Shown here: positions 16,203-26,610 of the stretch, in pieces | Layout: every line of letters starts with the position of its first letter | Numbering within the stretch: the first letter of the stretch is position 1 | Source of the DNA: a virus | Taxonomy: Duplodnaviria > Caudoviricetes | Length of the DNA stretch: 42,897 nucleotides | IMG/VR virus record: IMGVR_UViG_3300036713_000542 | Coordinates: 1 to 42,897 of that record | Reading direction: 5' to 3' (one strand) | Program-made: the position numbers and the translations under genes | Notes under the pieces: generated by a model | Database searches by the model: none | What the model was told of the DNA's origin: nothing | What the model saw: the letters and a program-made list of their open reading frames with translations, nothing else

Positions 16203-16224
16203 TCCGCCACATGGATCGGCAGCC

Positions 16225-19200
16225 CTACCGATAAGAGACCGACAGGGAGTAAACGTGGAGTTTCTCGCCCGCCTCCCCCCAAGTCACGGTCACATACCCC
16301 TGGTCGCCCGCCGCTAAACTGCCCGTCACAGCCGTGACGTCCAGCTCCACAAACTGATCCTGCGTCAGGTTTTCGGAGTTGAGCGCCGTGCTGCTGCTGT
16401 GTTGATTTACGTTTTCGCCTATGCCCCCGTAGCTCGCATAGTACTGGACATCTGCCGACGCATTCGTGGTATCGGGGATCGCCCGGACAACCACCGAAAG
16501 GATTGTCTTCGCCTCGGCGGGCACCCTCAGGGGCATCCTGCACACCTCGGTGTCCTCGAGCTCCTGATAGACCTGCCCCGACTCTAGCGCGGTGGGGACC
16601 GTGACAACTTCGCGCACCGCGTAATCGGATCCGGCCAGGCCTGCAGGCGTGACTACCCTGGTGGAGTCGGTCCCGGTAGTCGTCTCTGCTGTGGTGGCGA
16701 GCTCTACCACGCCCACTGCGGTGGTGCTCGCGGCAGGAAAAAACAGATTGCTGAGCCGACCAGTCCCATCGGCTTTTGGGATCACATTTGGACCTGCTGT
16801 AGCCGACGCCACCTCGTCTGCGCCGCCGTGCTGGTGTCTGCTCGCGTGGGTCGCTCCGGGATACGTACCGGTATTCGGCGTGAGGTCTACGTCCTGATTT
16901 GGCACGGTCAGTACCCGCACCGTAGACGCAGCCACGGCTCCCACGTCGATCCTCATCTGCTTGGTGTTGTCGGCTGGATCCCGGACGATGCTGGTAGTGT
17001 CATCCGCTGGCAGGGTCGATCCTGCTCCCGACGCAGCAAAATCCCCCGTCCCTGGTGTCATGTCCAGGTCCTGATCCGGCCAGGTCATCGTGCGGGTGGT
17101 CGCGGTGGTGTACGCGGAAACGTCGTGCGCTTGCTTTTTTGTCGTGTCGGTAGGGTCGAGCAGACGGAACTCGTCGGTGGTAAATTCCTTGATCGGAGAC
17201 GGTCCGGTGTAAGAGATGCTGGCAGAGGATATCGAGGTGTCATAGATCGCCGCGACGGCCTGGATTCGCGAGTTTCCAGGGTCGGTATAGGTGGACCGGC
17301 GCTGAAAAGTGATCCGGTACAGAGGCTGAATGCCGTCAGCCAGCTGGTAGCTGCCCCAGCGCAGAGCCTGAATGGACTCGCTCTCAGCTTCTTCCAGCGT
17401 AGAATACTCGGCCTGCCCCATCAGCAGGTAGTGATATGGGGCCGCGAGTGCCTGCACAGCCACCATAAAGTAGTTCACGTAGTACAGGTTTGAGACCGTA
17501 GTCAGGCCCCAGGTGCCGCCAGACAGCTCATTCCAGTAGATATCCCCACCAACCCCAGAGTTGATCTGAGGATCGGCCAGGGAGCCCTGTCCGAGCCACT
17601 CGCCATTCGCGTCGGCGTTTACCCGGTAGACGCAGGTGTACGACCCGGCAGACAGCGCAGGGACTGAGTCGATGAGGCCACCGTTTACGAATTTTCCCGA
17701 CGCCACAGCGACTTGCTGGGCTGCGGAACCGTTGGTGTCTAAAGTATAGCCCGATATTGCGAAGCCGCTGTCATAGCGGGCACCCTGCAGATAAAGCTGA
17801 AGGTGGCTGTATGGCGAAATATCGTCCTGGTGGAGCGCGCCGAAACCCACGCCGAAGCCATCGGTTGCGTTGTAATAGCAGGTAGCCAGCAGGGCCTTTG
17901 TGGTCGATGTGATGATTTCATTCGTCCATACCTCTACTCCGAGGCTGCCATCCGCCTCGAGATAAAGAACGTAGCTTTCGGTTGTGTTCGCGTGGGCAGA
18001 AGTGACCTCGGCGGCGAAAGTGAAATGGAGGTGCACCCCGAGGAAATCAGCCTCAGCATCGGTCGCGGTAACAGTAAACTGCCGGGTCGCCGGGTTGTAG
18101 GTGATGGTCCAGTCGCTGGCGTGCTCGATTCGGCAGCCCTTGAACAGCCTGTACTTTCGGGGTTCGCCGCTGGAGTTGAGGCTGTACAGCCTGCTGCCGT
18201 CAATATACAGAGCATCGTACCCGGCATCGGGACTGGACGGAGTGGCCCCTTGGTCCTTGATCCACAGGGGGAGCTCTGCCTGGAGACTCGCCTTGGTGGT
18301 GATGCTGCTGATATGCGCGGCTGCTCCGGCAGAGTCCAGGTACTGGACCCGGAGCTCGCTCGAGCTGGGCAGGTACTGACGGAAGCCGGAGACGGTCTTC
18401 GCCAAGGTGGGATCCCAGGTGCCGTGCTCCACCCCCTGGGAGATCCCCGGCAGGACCAAGCCGAACTCCGACGAAGATACTCCCTCCGGCTGGTAGTCGG
18501 TGTCGTAGTCCTCAGGTCCCACTTCTGGCGGCAGGAGGAGGGCTCGCCCGTCCAGGCAGCCTCCCTTCCCAGGAGCCGACCGCATGCGGCTGCCCTGCAC
18601 GGGAGCCGGGTGCTCCGTGGTCTCGTCTCGGACGAAGTGGATTCCGCCCACGAGAGGCCTCTCCCGCGCCTGCTGAATCTCCTCCTCGGTCGCTGCTCCG
18701 GATCGAATATCCCGGATATTCTCAAGGGTGACGGGCTGCGGTCTGCCCATGATCGCCGGGACGGACAGGTCGTTCCAGGTCGTCAGAGTCCCCCGACCCT
18801 CCAGGACCTTTGGGTTGACGAGCTTCGGAGGCTGGTAGTTTTCTTCTCCCCTCCACTCGTCCTCCGGGAGGTCTGGTCCCAGGGGCAGGAACATGAACCA
18901 CCGCTGGAGCTTCGGGGCGCTCTCCCCGTCCGGGGAGACGTGCTTCGCGTCCGCGTCCACTCTGCAATAGACTCGGTACGGGATGCCCAGAGGGGTGAAG
19001 ACCTTCAGCGGCTCGTCTACGGGCTGGATATCCAGGCCGTGGTCGATCCCGTCCCCGTACAGGAGGAAGCGATAGTGGAGGTGGAGAGCCTGGATATCCT
19101 CTCCGTCCTCTGTGGAGCCTCTGCGGTGTGCGCATTCGCTCCCCACCTCGAGGGGACCTCCTGCTCGTGCGGATGCGCAACCGATCCGCAGCGGAGCAGC

Positions 19201-20157
19201 AGGGGCTGTGTCGACCGTAGTGGTGGAGTCAGGTTCTTCGAAGGAGGCTTCAGGGAGCCCCCGCTCCTGCGTCTGCTCGTAGTCCACATCCGGGTCTGGA
19301 TCGGCCAGCGGCTGGGAAGCTCCCCCGGCCTCCGGCTGCACCACCAGACCGTAACCTGCTACGGTATCTCCGGCCTCAGACGGTCCCAGCTGCCATGCAA
19401 GGGCGTTGTCGGTTCCCGAGGAGCTCCAGGGGACGTGGGTGGCCTCCCTGGGCCGGACCACTCTCCATGCGCTCTGGAGGCGAGCCCAGTACTGGATCCC
19501 GTCTTTTTTGTCGACCTCGTAAACACGGCTTCCAAGGTCGAAATACCCCTGGTTGGCGGCGACAAGACCGAGAGCGGACGGCAGCCATAGATCCTCCTGG
19601 GAGTGCTCCTCCGAGCCCGATATGGCGGTCCCTGTCCAGCCTTTCGGGTAGCGACCCGCGAACTCCGGCAGGGCGGGGAGCTTCTTCTGGAATCGCTTGT
19701 CGGCCTTGTGGTCTCGTTGAAGGATCGGCAGGATTGCCACCCACCCGTCCGAGGGCTCTTCCTCCTCCTCTTCCTCTTCTGCGGTGATAGTGCTTTCGTC
19801 CGGGTCGGGAAGCGGGCTCAGGTCAGAGATTTCCGATGCCATTTTGACTACAGCATCTACCACCGAGGGCCATGCGAAGCTCCACGCGGAGAACTTCCGC
19901 ACCCCAGAGTCCTGGTTCTGCGTCTGGTCAGAGCTGATCGCAGAGCCTGCTCCTGCTCGGTTGTTTTTCCACCAGGTGGCCCCCAGCAAGTCCCCCTCGG
20001 TCCCATCCACAAGACGGATGTGCGGGTCCGGTCTGTCAGCGGTCGTGGTGAGTTCGGCCCTGCCGCACCAGATCACCCTGCGGTAGTCCAGATCGTGGTC
20101 GAGGTCGTGCATGCGGAGCGGCAGGATCCCCAGGACCACTTTTTCGGCAATTCTCAT
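16225..20157 (-). CDS. Large virion protein with tail-fibre-like C-terminal half, 1310 aa
   Basis: End of the structural operon. Contains the fibre motif ASTTAVGVVELATTAET..GTD..RVVTP and two DP.D.TK...T.P.QD.D.TP.TG repeats. Confidence 0.75.
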   Translation of the reverse strand: MRIAEKVVLGILPLRMHDLDHDLDYRRVIWCGRAELTTTADRPDPHIRLVDGTEGDLLGATWWKNNRAGAGSAISSDQTQNQDSGVRKFSAWSFAWPSVVDAVVKMASEISDLSPLPDPDESTITAEEEEEEEEPSDGWVAILPILQRDHKADKRFQKKLPALPEFAGRYPKGWTGTAISGSEEHSQEDLWLPSALGLVAANQGYFDLGSRVYEVDKKDGIQYWARLQSAWRVVRPREATHVPWSSSGTDNALAWQLGPSEAGDTVAGYGLVVQPEAGGASQPLADPDPDVDYEQTQERGLPEASFEEPDSTTTVDTAPAAPLRIGCASARAGGPLEVGSECAHRRGSTEDGEDIQALHLHYRFLLYGDGIDHGLDIQPVDEPLKVFTPLGIPYRVYCRVDADAKHVSPDGESAPKLQRWFMFLPLGPDLPEDEWRGEENYQPPKLVNPKVLEGRGTLTTWNDLSVPAIMGRPQPVTLENIRDIRSGAATEEEIQQARERPLVGGIHFVRDETTEHPAPVQGSRMRSAPGKGGCLDGRALLLPPEVGPEDYDTDYQPEGVSSSEFGLVLPGISQGVEHGTWDPTLAKTVSGFRQYLPSSSELRVQYLDSAGAAAHISSITTKASLQAELPLWIKDQGATPSSPDAGYDALYIDGSRLYSLNSSGEPRKYRLFKGCRIEHASDWTITYNPATRQFTVTATDAEADFLGVHLHFTFAAEVTSAHANTTESYVLYLEADGSLGVEVWTNEIITSTTKALLATCYYNATDGFGVGFGALHQDDISPYSHLQLYLQGARYDSGFAISGYTLDTNGSAAQQVAVASGKFVNGGLIDSVPALSAGSYTCVYRVNADANGEWLGQGSLADPQINSGVGGDIYWNELSGGTWGLTTVSNLYYVNYFMVAVQALAAPYHYLLMGQAEYSTLEEAESESIQALRWGSYQLADGIQPLYRITFQRRSTYTDPGNSRIQAVAAIYDTSISSASISYTGPSPIKEFTTDEFRLLDPTDTTKKQAHDVSAYTTATTRTMTWPDQDLDMTPGTGDFAASGAGSTLPADDTTSIVRDPADNTKQMRIDVGAVAASTVRVLTVPNQDVDLTPNTGTYPGATHASRHQHGGADEVASATAGPNVIPKADGTGRLSNLFFPAASTTAVGVVELATTAETTTGTDSTRVVTPAGLAGSDYAVREVVTVPTALESGQVYQELEDTEVCRMPLRVPAEAKTILSVVVRAIPDTTNASADVQYYASYGGIGENVNQHSSSTALNSENLTQDQFVELDVTAVTGSLAAGDQGYVTVTWGEAGEKLHVYSLSVSYR

Positions 20158-22301
20158 CGTTGCAAGTCCCCTAGCACGAGCCCTAGCTTCCGTAGAGTAC
20201 CTTCAGGAAGGAGCGGGAGGATTTTCACGGAAGGAGGAGTGGTCCGGAATCCTGCGGTCGTGGTCCGCATTCCAGAAAGGTTTATCGACCACTCCACTGA
20301 TCCCATATTTCCAGCGGGCCTGAGAGTGGCGGCGTGGATAGGCGTGGTGATAGTACCCTCCGCCCGGTCCAGAAGCTCCACATAGGAATGTGCGGCGACC
20401 GCTTTGGCGACCGCATGAATATGCTCCCTGTCCACAAGGAGGTTTTCAGCCATGGCCAGCGTAGGTCCGGGGGAGTCCAGATCGTTCCCACCCCATCCAA
20501 ATGCTGCTTTTATGTCATCGGAAAAATCGTCGTGCCATGCAAATCTTGCAGTGGCTATCTGAGGATCTATCCTAACCTCCAGAGGAGGCCCCCTGCACTC
20601 TCCAAGATCCCTGTCTATAACCTGCTTCACAGACAGGGCTCCTACCGTAGGATTGATCCTGACCCGGTAAAGACCTTGAGTCCCCTGGGGACTTCCGGGA
20701 GTGAATGTCGCAACAAACGCCATCTTCATATCGTTCTGCAGAGCGATGTCGTATTCGATGATGGTGTTGATTCCCGACACTTCTAGGTTGGGGTTCAGGG
20801 CGTCCACCACCCGTCTAGGGAACACCGTGGCGATGAACCCCCAGTACTTCTCCTTGTGGACGACCTTGAAGATGCCCAGATCGTGGGAGAGGACCTGCAC
20901 TCGAGCAGGAGCTGGGCGGGTGTTGACGTGGTCTAGACGCTCTCCCCATCCTCGAATATTCAAGACATTGTCGGAGACCTCCCCTGGGTGGCGTGCCAGG
21001 AGGTTGAAGTTGTACTTTACGGCAAAATCCTGGAACACCTGAGCAACGCCCCTTTCCCCTGTGGCGTTGTCCAGGATGGCAGCCCGAAGGGGTCTCCATG
21101 CCACGACCCGATCCATCCAGTTTCTTCGGATTCGGAATGTCTGCGAGTAGTTTTCGTAGATGGCCAGAACCGCTCTCATTCTGTCAGGATCTGCCTCCAC
21201 GCCTCCGAAGGGCGCGGCGAAATTTACGGCAAGCTGGCCGTAGGGGAAGTCGCTTTGGACCGATTCGTGGTTGAAGAAGCGGGAACCAGACACAGAGGTG
21301 TACCCTTTTCTGGTCCATGCGCCGAAAATCTGGTCAAACGTCACCCACGTCCCATATGCGGTTTCCTCGTCCCCATCTCCGTCGATGTCGCAGAGCTTGT
21401 CGGTTGTAGGAACGACCATGTCCAAGCGGAGATCATCATCCGCATTCCCCACGTCCACCTCGGAGTCCGTCTCCAGGTAGTCGTGCCTCAGCTCGTACTC
21501 GCAGGTGAAATACACGTCAACGTGCCGGGGCCTCAGGTTGCCTCGGAAAGGCACGTTGGCGACAGAGGTGTTCCAGATAATGGGTCCGGGGAATTTGCCA
21601 TCGGGATTAGGTCCGTGCTCGATGTAGTCCAGATCGTCTCCTGATATCGTGTCGACAACCACGATATCCCCGTCCGCGTCTATGTAGAGGTTGACTCCGG
21701 TGAAGTACTGGAGGGCTTTGGCAACTGCTGAGTGCCCCGCAGTGTCGATAAGAAGCCCGTCCACAGGAACTGAACGAGCGGTAGCAGTGGGGTCGAAGGG
21801 CATTTTGTAGCTGAACTGCTGGATACTTCTCAGCTTCTCGCTAAGGGTCCTGAGGACCCTTCCCAGAACGTGAATCGCTTCCCATCTCGACCCCCCCTCC
21901 CGAGTGGACCACCTTGCGTACTCATATTGGTCCACGATTTGCTGGACATCCACCAGCTGCTCGTCGAGCCACCGCCTATCTCCGGTTTTCCTTCGCCAGT
22001 TAAATCGCCATGGGCCGATGTGGACATACGGCCACATCCACCTTTGGTCAGCCACCGTTACGGTGGCTGCGTCAGGATGGTCAATGGGCGTAGAGCCTAT
22101 GACGTAGAGGTTCCTAACTTCAATGTCGTCCAGCTGCAGAGTGACTGTATTCAGACCTCTGCCCATCTCTATGATTTGGTTGGCAACATCTCGAGGAAAA
22201 GTGAAGGTGTTTGTGTAGGGAAATACCCCTATTTTCAGCCTCCACCGCAAGTTCTCCGTCCACAAGATGTCAAACCCTGCTAACTTGGCCTGGGCTGTCA
22301 C
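20154..22301 (-). CDS. Putative tail tip/hub protein, 715 aa
   Basis: Long ORF translationally coupled in the tail block. N-terminus resembles late-control/hub proteins (inference). Confidence 0.55.
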   Translation of the reverse strand: MTAQAKLAGFDILWTENLRWRLKIGVFPYTNTFTFPRDVANQIIEMGRGLNTVTLQLDDIEVRNLYVIGSTPIDHPDAATVTVADQRWMWPYVHIGPWRFNWRRKTGDRRWLDEQLVDVQQIVDQYEYARWSTREGGSRWEAIHVLGRVLRTLSEKLRSIQQFSYKMPFDPTATARSVPVDGLLIDTAGHSAVAKALQYFTGVNLYIDADGDIVVVDTISGDDLDYIEHGPNPDGKFPGPIIWNTSVANVPFRGNLRPRHVDVYFTCEYELRHDYLETDSEVDVGNADDDLRLDMVVPTTDKLCDIDGDGDEETAYGTWVTFDQIFGAWTRKGYTSVSGSRFFNHESVQSDFPYGQLAVNFAAPFGGVEADPDRMRAVLAIYENYSQTFRIRRNWMDRVVAWRPLRAAILDNATGERGVAQVFQDFAVKYNFNLLARHPGEVSDNVLNIRGWGERLDHVNTRPAPARVQVLSHDLGIFKVVHKEKYWGFIATVFPRRVVDALNPNLEVSGINTIIEYDIALQNDMKMAFVATFTPGSPQGTQGLYRVRINPTVGALSVKQVIDRDLGECRGPPLEVRIDPQIATARFAWHDDFSDDIKAAFGWGGNDLDSPGPTLAMAENLLVDREHIHAVAKAVAAHSYVELLDRAEGTITTPIHAATLRPAGNMGSVEWSINLSGMRTTTAGFRTTPPSVKILPLLPEGTLRKLGLVLGDLQR

Positions 22302-23848
22302 GGATACCCCCCTCCTGGTCCGGGGGTCGGCTGGGTGGAGTCCCCTCCTGCTCCTGGGTCCTCGTTTTCTGCGGGCAGATCTAGAGGCTCGCTCTCCTCA
22401 AGCTTCGCATACTCTGCTCTGGAAATCATTCTCCAGACTCGAGTTATGGTTTCGCTCGTCGCCTCCAGAGTGTGCCCGGAGTCAGGAATTCCTAGAGTTT
22501 CCGGGCTGGTTGCGTGGTTCTCCCTGATCAGAACAGGGATCAGTCCCCCAGAGTAGTTTCCGGGACCGGCAGGCACCTCCCCCTCCTCTGAATTTCCTGC
22601 CTCGTACCCGAAACTTATCCCCCCTGCCCCCACGCTTCCCAAAGCCCCTTTGGAGAAGGCGGAGTTCTCTCCTACATAGATGCCTCCGAACAACGAAGAG
22701 AATTGCCCGTCGTCGGAGGGTCCTACGAATCTTCTCCGGACCATCTCCGTAACCACAACTCTTCCCGGCCCTCTGGCCTCCACTACCGAGTAGGGGTCCG
22801 CTGACACCACTGGAATGAAGGCTTTCCCCTTTTCGTCGTTCCAGACTCTTCGGTAGCTTTGCTCCACTGTTCCGGATCCGTCCATGACAAGAAAAAACAA
22901 TCTTCCCCGGATGCGGTTGTTTACCCAGTCGATTTCTGGTTCCGATGTCATCAGGGCTACCTGAGAAGAGGTGCCGAAAGCCGACAGGACTTCAGAGATA
23001 GCCGCAGGCTCTATAGTCCCGCTCCAGATGGAGTCCTCGTCGGTAGTGCTGTTGACGTCGATCCCGGCCTGCACGTAGGCGTTTACAGAAATGAACCTCT
23101 TCGGACCTTCTCCAAAATTCCGAAAGTCCCCCGGCCCCGCCTTGTTTCTGTTGATAGTGAAGGTCAGGTTGCGGATCTCACTCCGGTCGAAGAGGCTGGA
23201 CTTCTCTTTGGTGTGCTGCTCTCGATATACCTGGGTCGCCTCCACCGTTTTGGTTTGGTCATCAGCGGGTCCTATGGTTTCTCGGAGAAGCTTCCAAGCG
23301 GAGATGGATAAAGCTGACTGCACCGCTGACGCGTATGCCGTAATAGCCGCAGAATACTGAGCCCGAGCGTCGTTGGAAGCCAACGCTGTGTAGACGGTCT
23401 GGAGAGTGACCGTCCGCAGCCGGGAGTCCTGATACTGCACCGAAACGGAGGATGTCCTCCTGCCCGAATACTGGACCGAGGGGAGGTCTCCTTGTACGGA
23501 GAAGTCGTACACCGAAGAAATCCCCGTGTCCATCTCGTGCCCAGATTTCGACATAGTGGCTCTGGTGTTCAAGCCGGTGTTGGTCGAGGGCTTGCAAGTA
23601 ATCAGCTCTCGAGAATTCACCGTCAGGGAAAAGTCCTGATCCCGCTTATTCACTTCCGTGACCAGAGCATCTAGACGGGTCTCCAGCCCGGTATGCGTGG
23701 AGTCCCTCACCAGTATCTGACAGGAGAACTCAAAATCCTTGAAGCTTCGTTGATAGGTGTACTTTTCTACCGGGATGTAGTACTGGCTGGATCCGCCTAT
23801 CGTGAGAGCTCCGTAGGTGAAAGAGATCTCCCTGGTGAGTATGGTCAT
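22298..23848 (-). CDS. Putative tail structural protein, 516 aa
   Basis: Beta-rich ORF coupled in the tail block. Confidence 0.55.
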   Translation of the reverse strand: MTILTREISFTYGALTIGGSSQYYIPVEKYTYQRSFKDFEFSCQILVRDSTHTGLETRLDALVTEVNKRDQDFSLTVNSRELITCKPSTNTGLNTRATMSKSGHEMDTGISSVYDFSVQGDLPSVQYSGRRTSSVSVQYQDSRLRTVTLQTVYTALASNDARAQYSAAITAYASAVQSALSISAWKLLRETIGPADDQTKTVEATQVYREQHTKEKSSLFDRSEIRNLTFTINRNKAGPGDFRNFGEGPKRFISVNAYVQAGIDVNSTTDEDSIWSGTIEPAAISEVLSAFGTSSQVALMTSEPEIDWVNNRIRGRLFFLVMDGSGTVEQSYRRVWNDEKGKAFIPVVSADPYSVVEARGPGRVVVTEMVRRRFVGPSDDGQFSSLFGGIYVGENSAFSKGALGSVGAGGISFGYEAGNSEEGEVPAGPGNYSGGLIPVLIRENHATSPETLGIPDSGHTLEATSETITRVWRMISRAEYAKLEESEPLDLPAENEDPGAGGDSTQPTPGPGGGYP

Positions 23849-23851
23849 GCC

Positions 23852-24499
23852 TCACTCCCACAGGTTTCCGGAGGATCGGAAAGGCCCCATGAAGGCGTCC
23901 CGCGCCATGTCTCGCATCTGCTCGATCATCATCCTCCCGCCCCGCTTGGCCTTCTCTCTCTCCGACATGGCCGCATCGAATTGAACTCCGGCCCTTTCCC
24001 CCCTCAGAAGTACTTCACTGCTTCGATCCACCCACTCCTTCAGCTTTTCGTTGGAGGCGAGGTTGCCTCCCCTGGCTATTCGCATGTAGTAGTCCTTGAC
24101 TGCCTGCTCCGCCCCTCCCTCGGCAGCAGCTCTCGCCGACATATCCAGAGCAGCCCCTCCCGTCAGATTGTTGATGCCCTGCTGCACATCTCGAGCCCAT
24201 ACATTGAAGCTCCGATCAGCGACCCCTGGAGCCGCGAAGTCCATGGCCTTTTTCGCACCAGAGATGAGACTGAATACAGAGGACAGGCTTTTCTCAAAGC
24301 CCTTGAAGCTTTGCTTCTGAGCTTTCGCCAGCTGCCCCACCTGTGCCGCGTTCTTGTTCGAAGATTGTGTATGGGAGGAATAGGCATCCAGCAGAGCCCT
24401 TGTGGCTTTCTGGGCTGCGCTCTGCGCCATGCCCAGCAAAGCATTGAAGCTCCCCAGAGACCCTCCTCCAATACCCGACCGGGAAAATCCAGACGCCAT
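23852..24499 (-). CDS. Short Ala/Gly-rich helical protein in the tape-measure position, 215 aa
   Basis: Composition and synteny. GGAGG RBS. Confidence 0.5.
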   Translation of the reverse strand: MASGFSRSGIGGGSLGSFNALLGMAQSAAQKATRALLDAYSSHTQSSNKNAAQVGQLAKAQKQSFKGFEKSLSSVFSLISGAKKAMDFAAPGVADRSFNVWARDVQQGINNLTGGAALDMSARAAAEGGAEQAVKDYYMRIARGGNLASNEKLKEWVDRSSEVLLRGERAGVQFDAAMSEREKAKRGGRMMIEQMRDMARDAFMGPFRSSGNLWE

Positions 24500-24500
24500 G

Positions 24501-24788
24501 TCACCTCCTCCAGCTGGGATCCGCAGCGGCTTTCGCTGCTGCCTCGTGAAGACCTTCTTCGATCCGGTCCTCCTCCCTCCTCAGAACTCCGAAAATGGCG
24601 TCCGCTTCTGCAGGTCCTCGAAGAGCCGCGCACACAGTCATGAGAGAAGACCTAAGCAAGCCGGATCCAGCATCCGTCAGTGCCTGCCGGGAGCCCTCGT
24701 CCAGATCCATCCACTCCGACAGGGTAGGGCGCATGCCTCCCAGCAGTGCTGCTTCCGCGCTCTCTATCGAGAATCCGGGGGATTTCAT
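24501..24788 (-). CDS. Putative tail assembly chaperone
   Basis: Small acidic ORF between tube-like and tape-measure-like genes. Confidence 0.45.
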   Translation of the reverse strand: MKSPGFSIESAEAALLGGMRPTLSEWMDLDEGSRQALTDAGSGLLRSSLMTVCAALRGPAEADAIFGVLRREEDRIEEGLHEAAAKAAADPSWRR

Positions 24789-25339
24789 ACCGTGAAGTCC
24801 TCCAGAAGACCGTATTCCACGGTGTTTCCGCTGGTCGGGGGGATCGCCATGAACATGGCCGGGATCACATGCTCTGTCCGGAGCTGCAGGGCCAGCCTGG
24901 CAGTGGGCTCCAGGAGAGGCACGCAGCGCCGGAAATAGAGCGAAGGGTGGCTCAGAGGGTTATCGGCCACGAAGGCTATCGCGATCTCCCTGGAGGTGCC
25001 CAGCTGCCCTGCTCGGTACGTGTCCGGGTCGTGCTTGACCAGGACCTTGCCCGAGGAGCTCCCCGTCGCCGTGTGAGGGAAGAGAGCCGCCAGGGCATCG
25101 TCGTCCCACGTCCGCAGCGCACAGGAGAACACCCACCGCTCCCCGGTGTAGAACGTCTCCACCACCGTGCCGAACTCCTCCGCGACGATGGGGACCTCTC
25201 CGTAGGAGACCACGACCGCAGAGGATTGGACCTCCCCCAGCTCCGTCCCTCCGTGGGGAAAAGCGGCGGAAAAATCCGAGACATCCTGCACGAGACGCCC
25301 GGATACGCGAAGAATGCCTTGTGGAAAACGCGTCGCCAC
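24785..25339 (-). CDS. Putative tail tube protein
   Basis: GTG 25339 overlaps the upstream TAG. Call rests on size and synteny. Confidence 0.5.
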   Translation of the reverse strand: MATRFPQGILRVSGRLVQDVSDFSAAFPHGGTELGEVQSSAVVVSYGEVPIVAEEFGTVVETFYTGERWVFSCALRTWDDDALAALFPHTATGSSSGKVLVKHDPDTYRAGQLGTSREIAIAFVADNPLSHPSLYFRRCVPLLEPTARLALQLRTEHVIPAMFMAIPPTSGNTVEYGLLEDFTV

Positions 25340-26601
25340 TACACATCCGCCCACGTGGGAGTAGAGCCCGCAGGCAGGTAGAGCCCGTAAACCCTCTGGA
25401 TCCAGTACTGAAGTTTGGCCTCGCTCGGGATGGAGTCCGACCAGGTGAACTGGTCCCGAAGCAGGCTCGGGGTCGACCCTCCGATAATCGTGTACCACTG
25501 CCCGCGAAAAGGAGTGAACGGGGTCAGGATTACGTCGTCGATCAGGAGACCGGTGCCGCCCGTCTCGCTCCATTCGATGGAGATGTCGAGGTCATCCTCC
25601 TTGAAGCCCTTCCACCAGCAGTTTGCAGCGGTGATTGGGATGAAGAGGATCTGCCAGCCGGTCTGGGCGGCTGCCACGACGTTGGTATTGGCGGCTCCCA
25701 GCCGGATGGTCAGAGTCCCGGTGGCGCTGCCCACCTGACGATTCCACGCGACCTGCAGGTAGTAGGGGAGGTTGGGGGATAGCCGGATCCCCGTGGTGGC
25801 TATCTTCTGTTGGATCGACACCGAGGCTTCCAGCTTCAGGGCGGTTGCCGTGTCTCTTGGTCCTGCAGATCGATAATAGTTGGTGGTGTCCTTGGAGGTG
25901 TCGGAAGCCGCGCCCGCTGTGAAGGTCCAGTTGGTCACGGAGGTAGCGGACGTGCCGTTCGTGAAGCTTGCGTTAGAAAGCAAGCTGTTGTTCGCGGAGA
26001 CCGCTGTCATGCTGCCGGTGAGGCCCGTGCCGAGCTTCTCCAGTCCGTCCTTGGACGCGTCTGCGCTCCTGACGCTCCATCGTTCCGAGTGGAGGTCTGC
26101 GGTGCCCTGGTCCGCGACACACTCCGCGACGAAGCTCTCCGCGAGACCCACCTCCATCTCGTACCCGTCAGCGTCGAGATACAGTCGACGCATGAGAGCA
26201 TTTCCCACATTGGAGCCGCCAGCTGAGGGGCTTCCCCAGGTAAAGTTGCGCTCCTGTATATCGTATGTGTTGTCCACGAAATGCCTGTAGACTCTGGCTA
26301 TAATCGATTCCACGGATCCTCGAGTAGCTTCAGGGACCCCCAAAGCCTCCCCGTAGTGCCTCCACAGAGGATCCCACCGAGCCCGGATCGCGGTGCGTGC
26401 CAACACCGCAGCCTTCCTGGCTCGGAAAGATGCCACCGAAGACATCGCCCGGCCCACGTACTGGCCCTTCATGGAGGTTCCCAGCTGCTCGAAGGAGTCC
26501 TGAGCCGATATAAAAGCGGCTGCCGTGGCAAACTCCGTATCCAATTCCGTAATCAGGGCATCTATCTGGGACCGTGCATTCGCTTCCGATGGAGTGCTCA
26601 T
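25339..26601 (-). CDS. Virion structural protein, 420 aa
   Basis: Clean ORF in the operon with a beta-rich Ser/Thr/Gly C-terminal half. Confidence 0.6.
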   Translation of the reverse strand: MSTPSEANARSQIDALITELDTEFATAAAFISAQDSFEQLGTSMKGQYVGRAMSSVASFRARKAAVLARTAIRARWDPLWRHYGEALGVPEATRGSVESIIARVYRHFVDNTYDIQERNFTWGSPSAGGSNVGNALMRRLYLDADGYEMEVGLAESFVAECVADQGTADLHSERWSVRSADASKDGLEKLGTGLTGSMTAVSANNSLLSNASFTNGTSATSVTNWTFTAGAASDTSKDTTNYYRSAGPRDTATALKLEASVSIQQKIATTGIRLSPNLPYYLQVAWNRQVGSATGTLTIRLGAANTNVVAAAQTGWQILFIPITAANCWWKGFKEDDLDISIEWSETGGTGLLIDDVILTPFTPFRGQWYTIIGGSTPSLLRDQFTWSDSIPSEAKLQYWIQRVYGLYLPAGSTPTWADV

Positions 26602-26610
26602 TTGAAAATC

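Noticed and set aside
16198-16220. Intrinsic terminator at the convergence of the two arms
   Set aside because: An 8-bp hairpin (GCTGATCC/GGATCGGC) is present but has no T-tract on either strand, so it was not called.
16225-20157. Diversity-generating retroelement or invertible tail-fibre system
   Set aside because: No reverse transcriptase, invertase or adenine-variant repeat pair was noticed.
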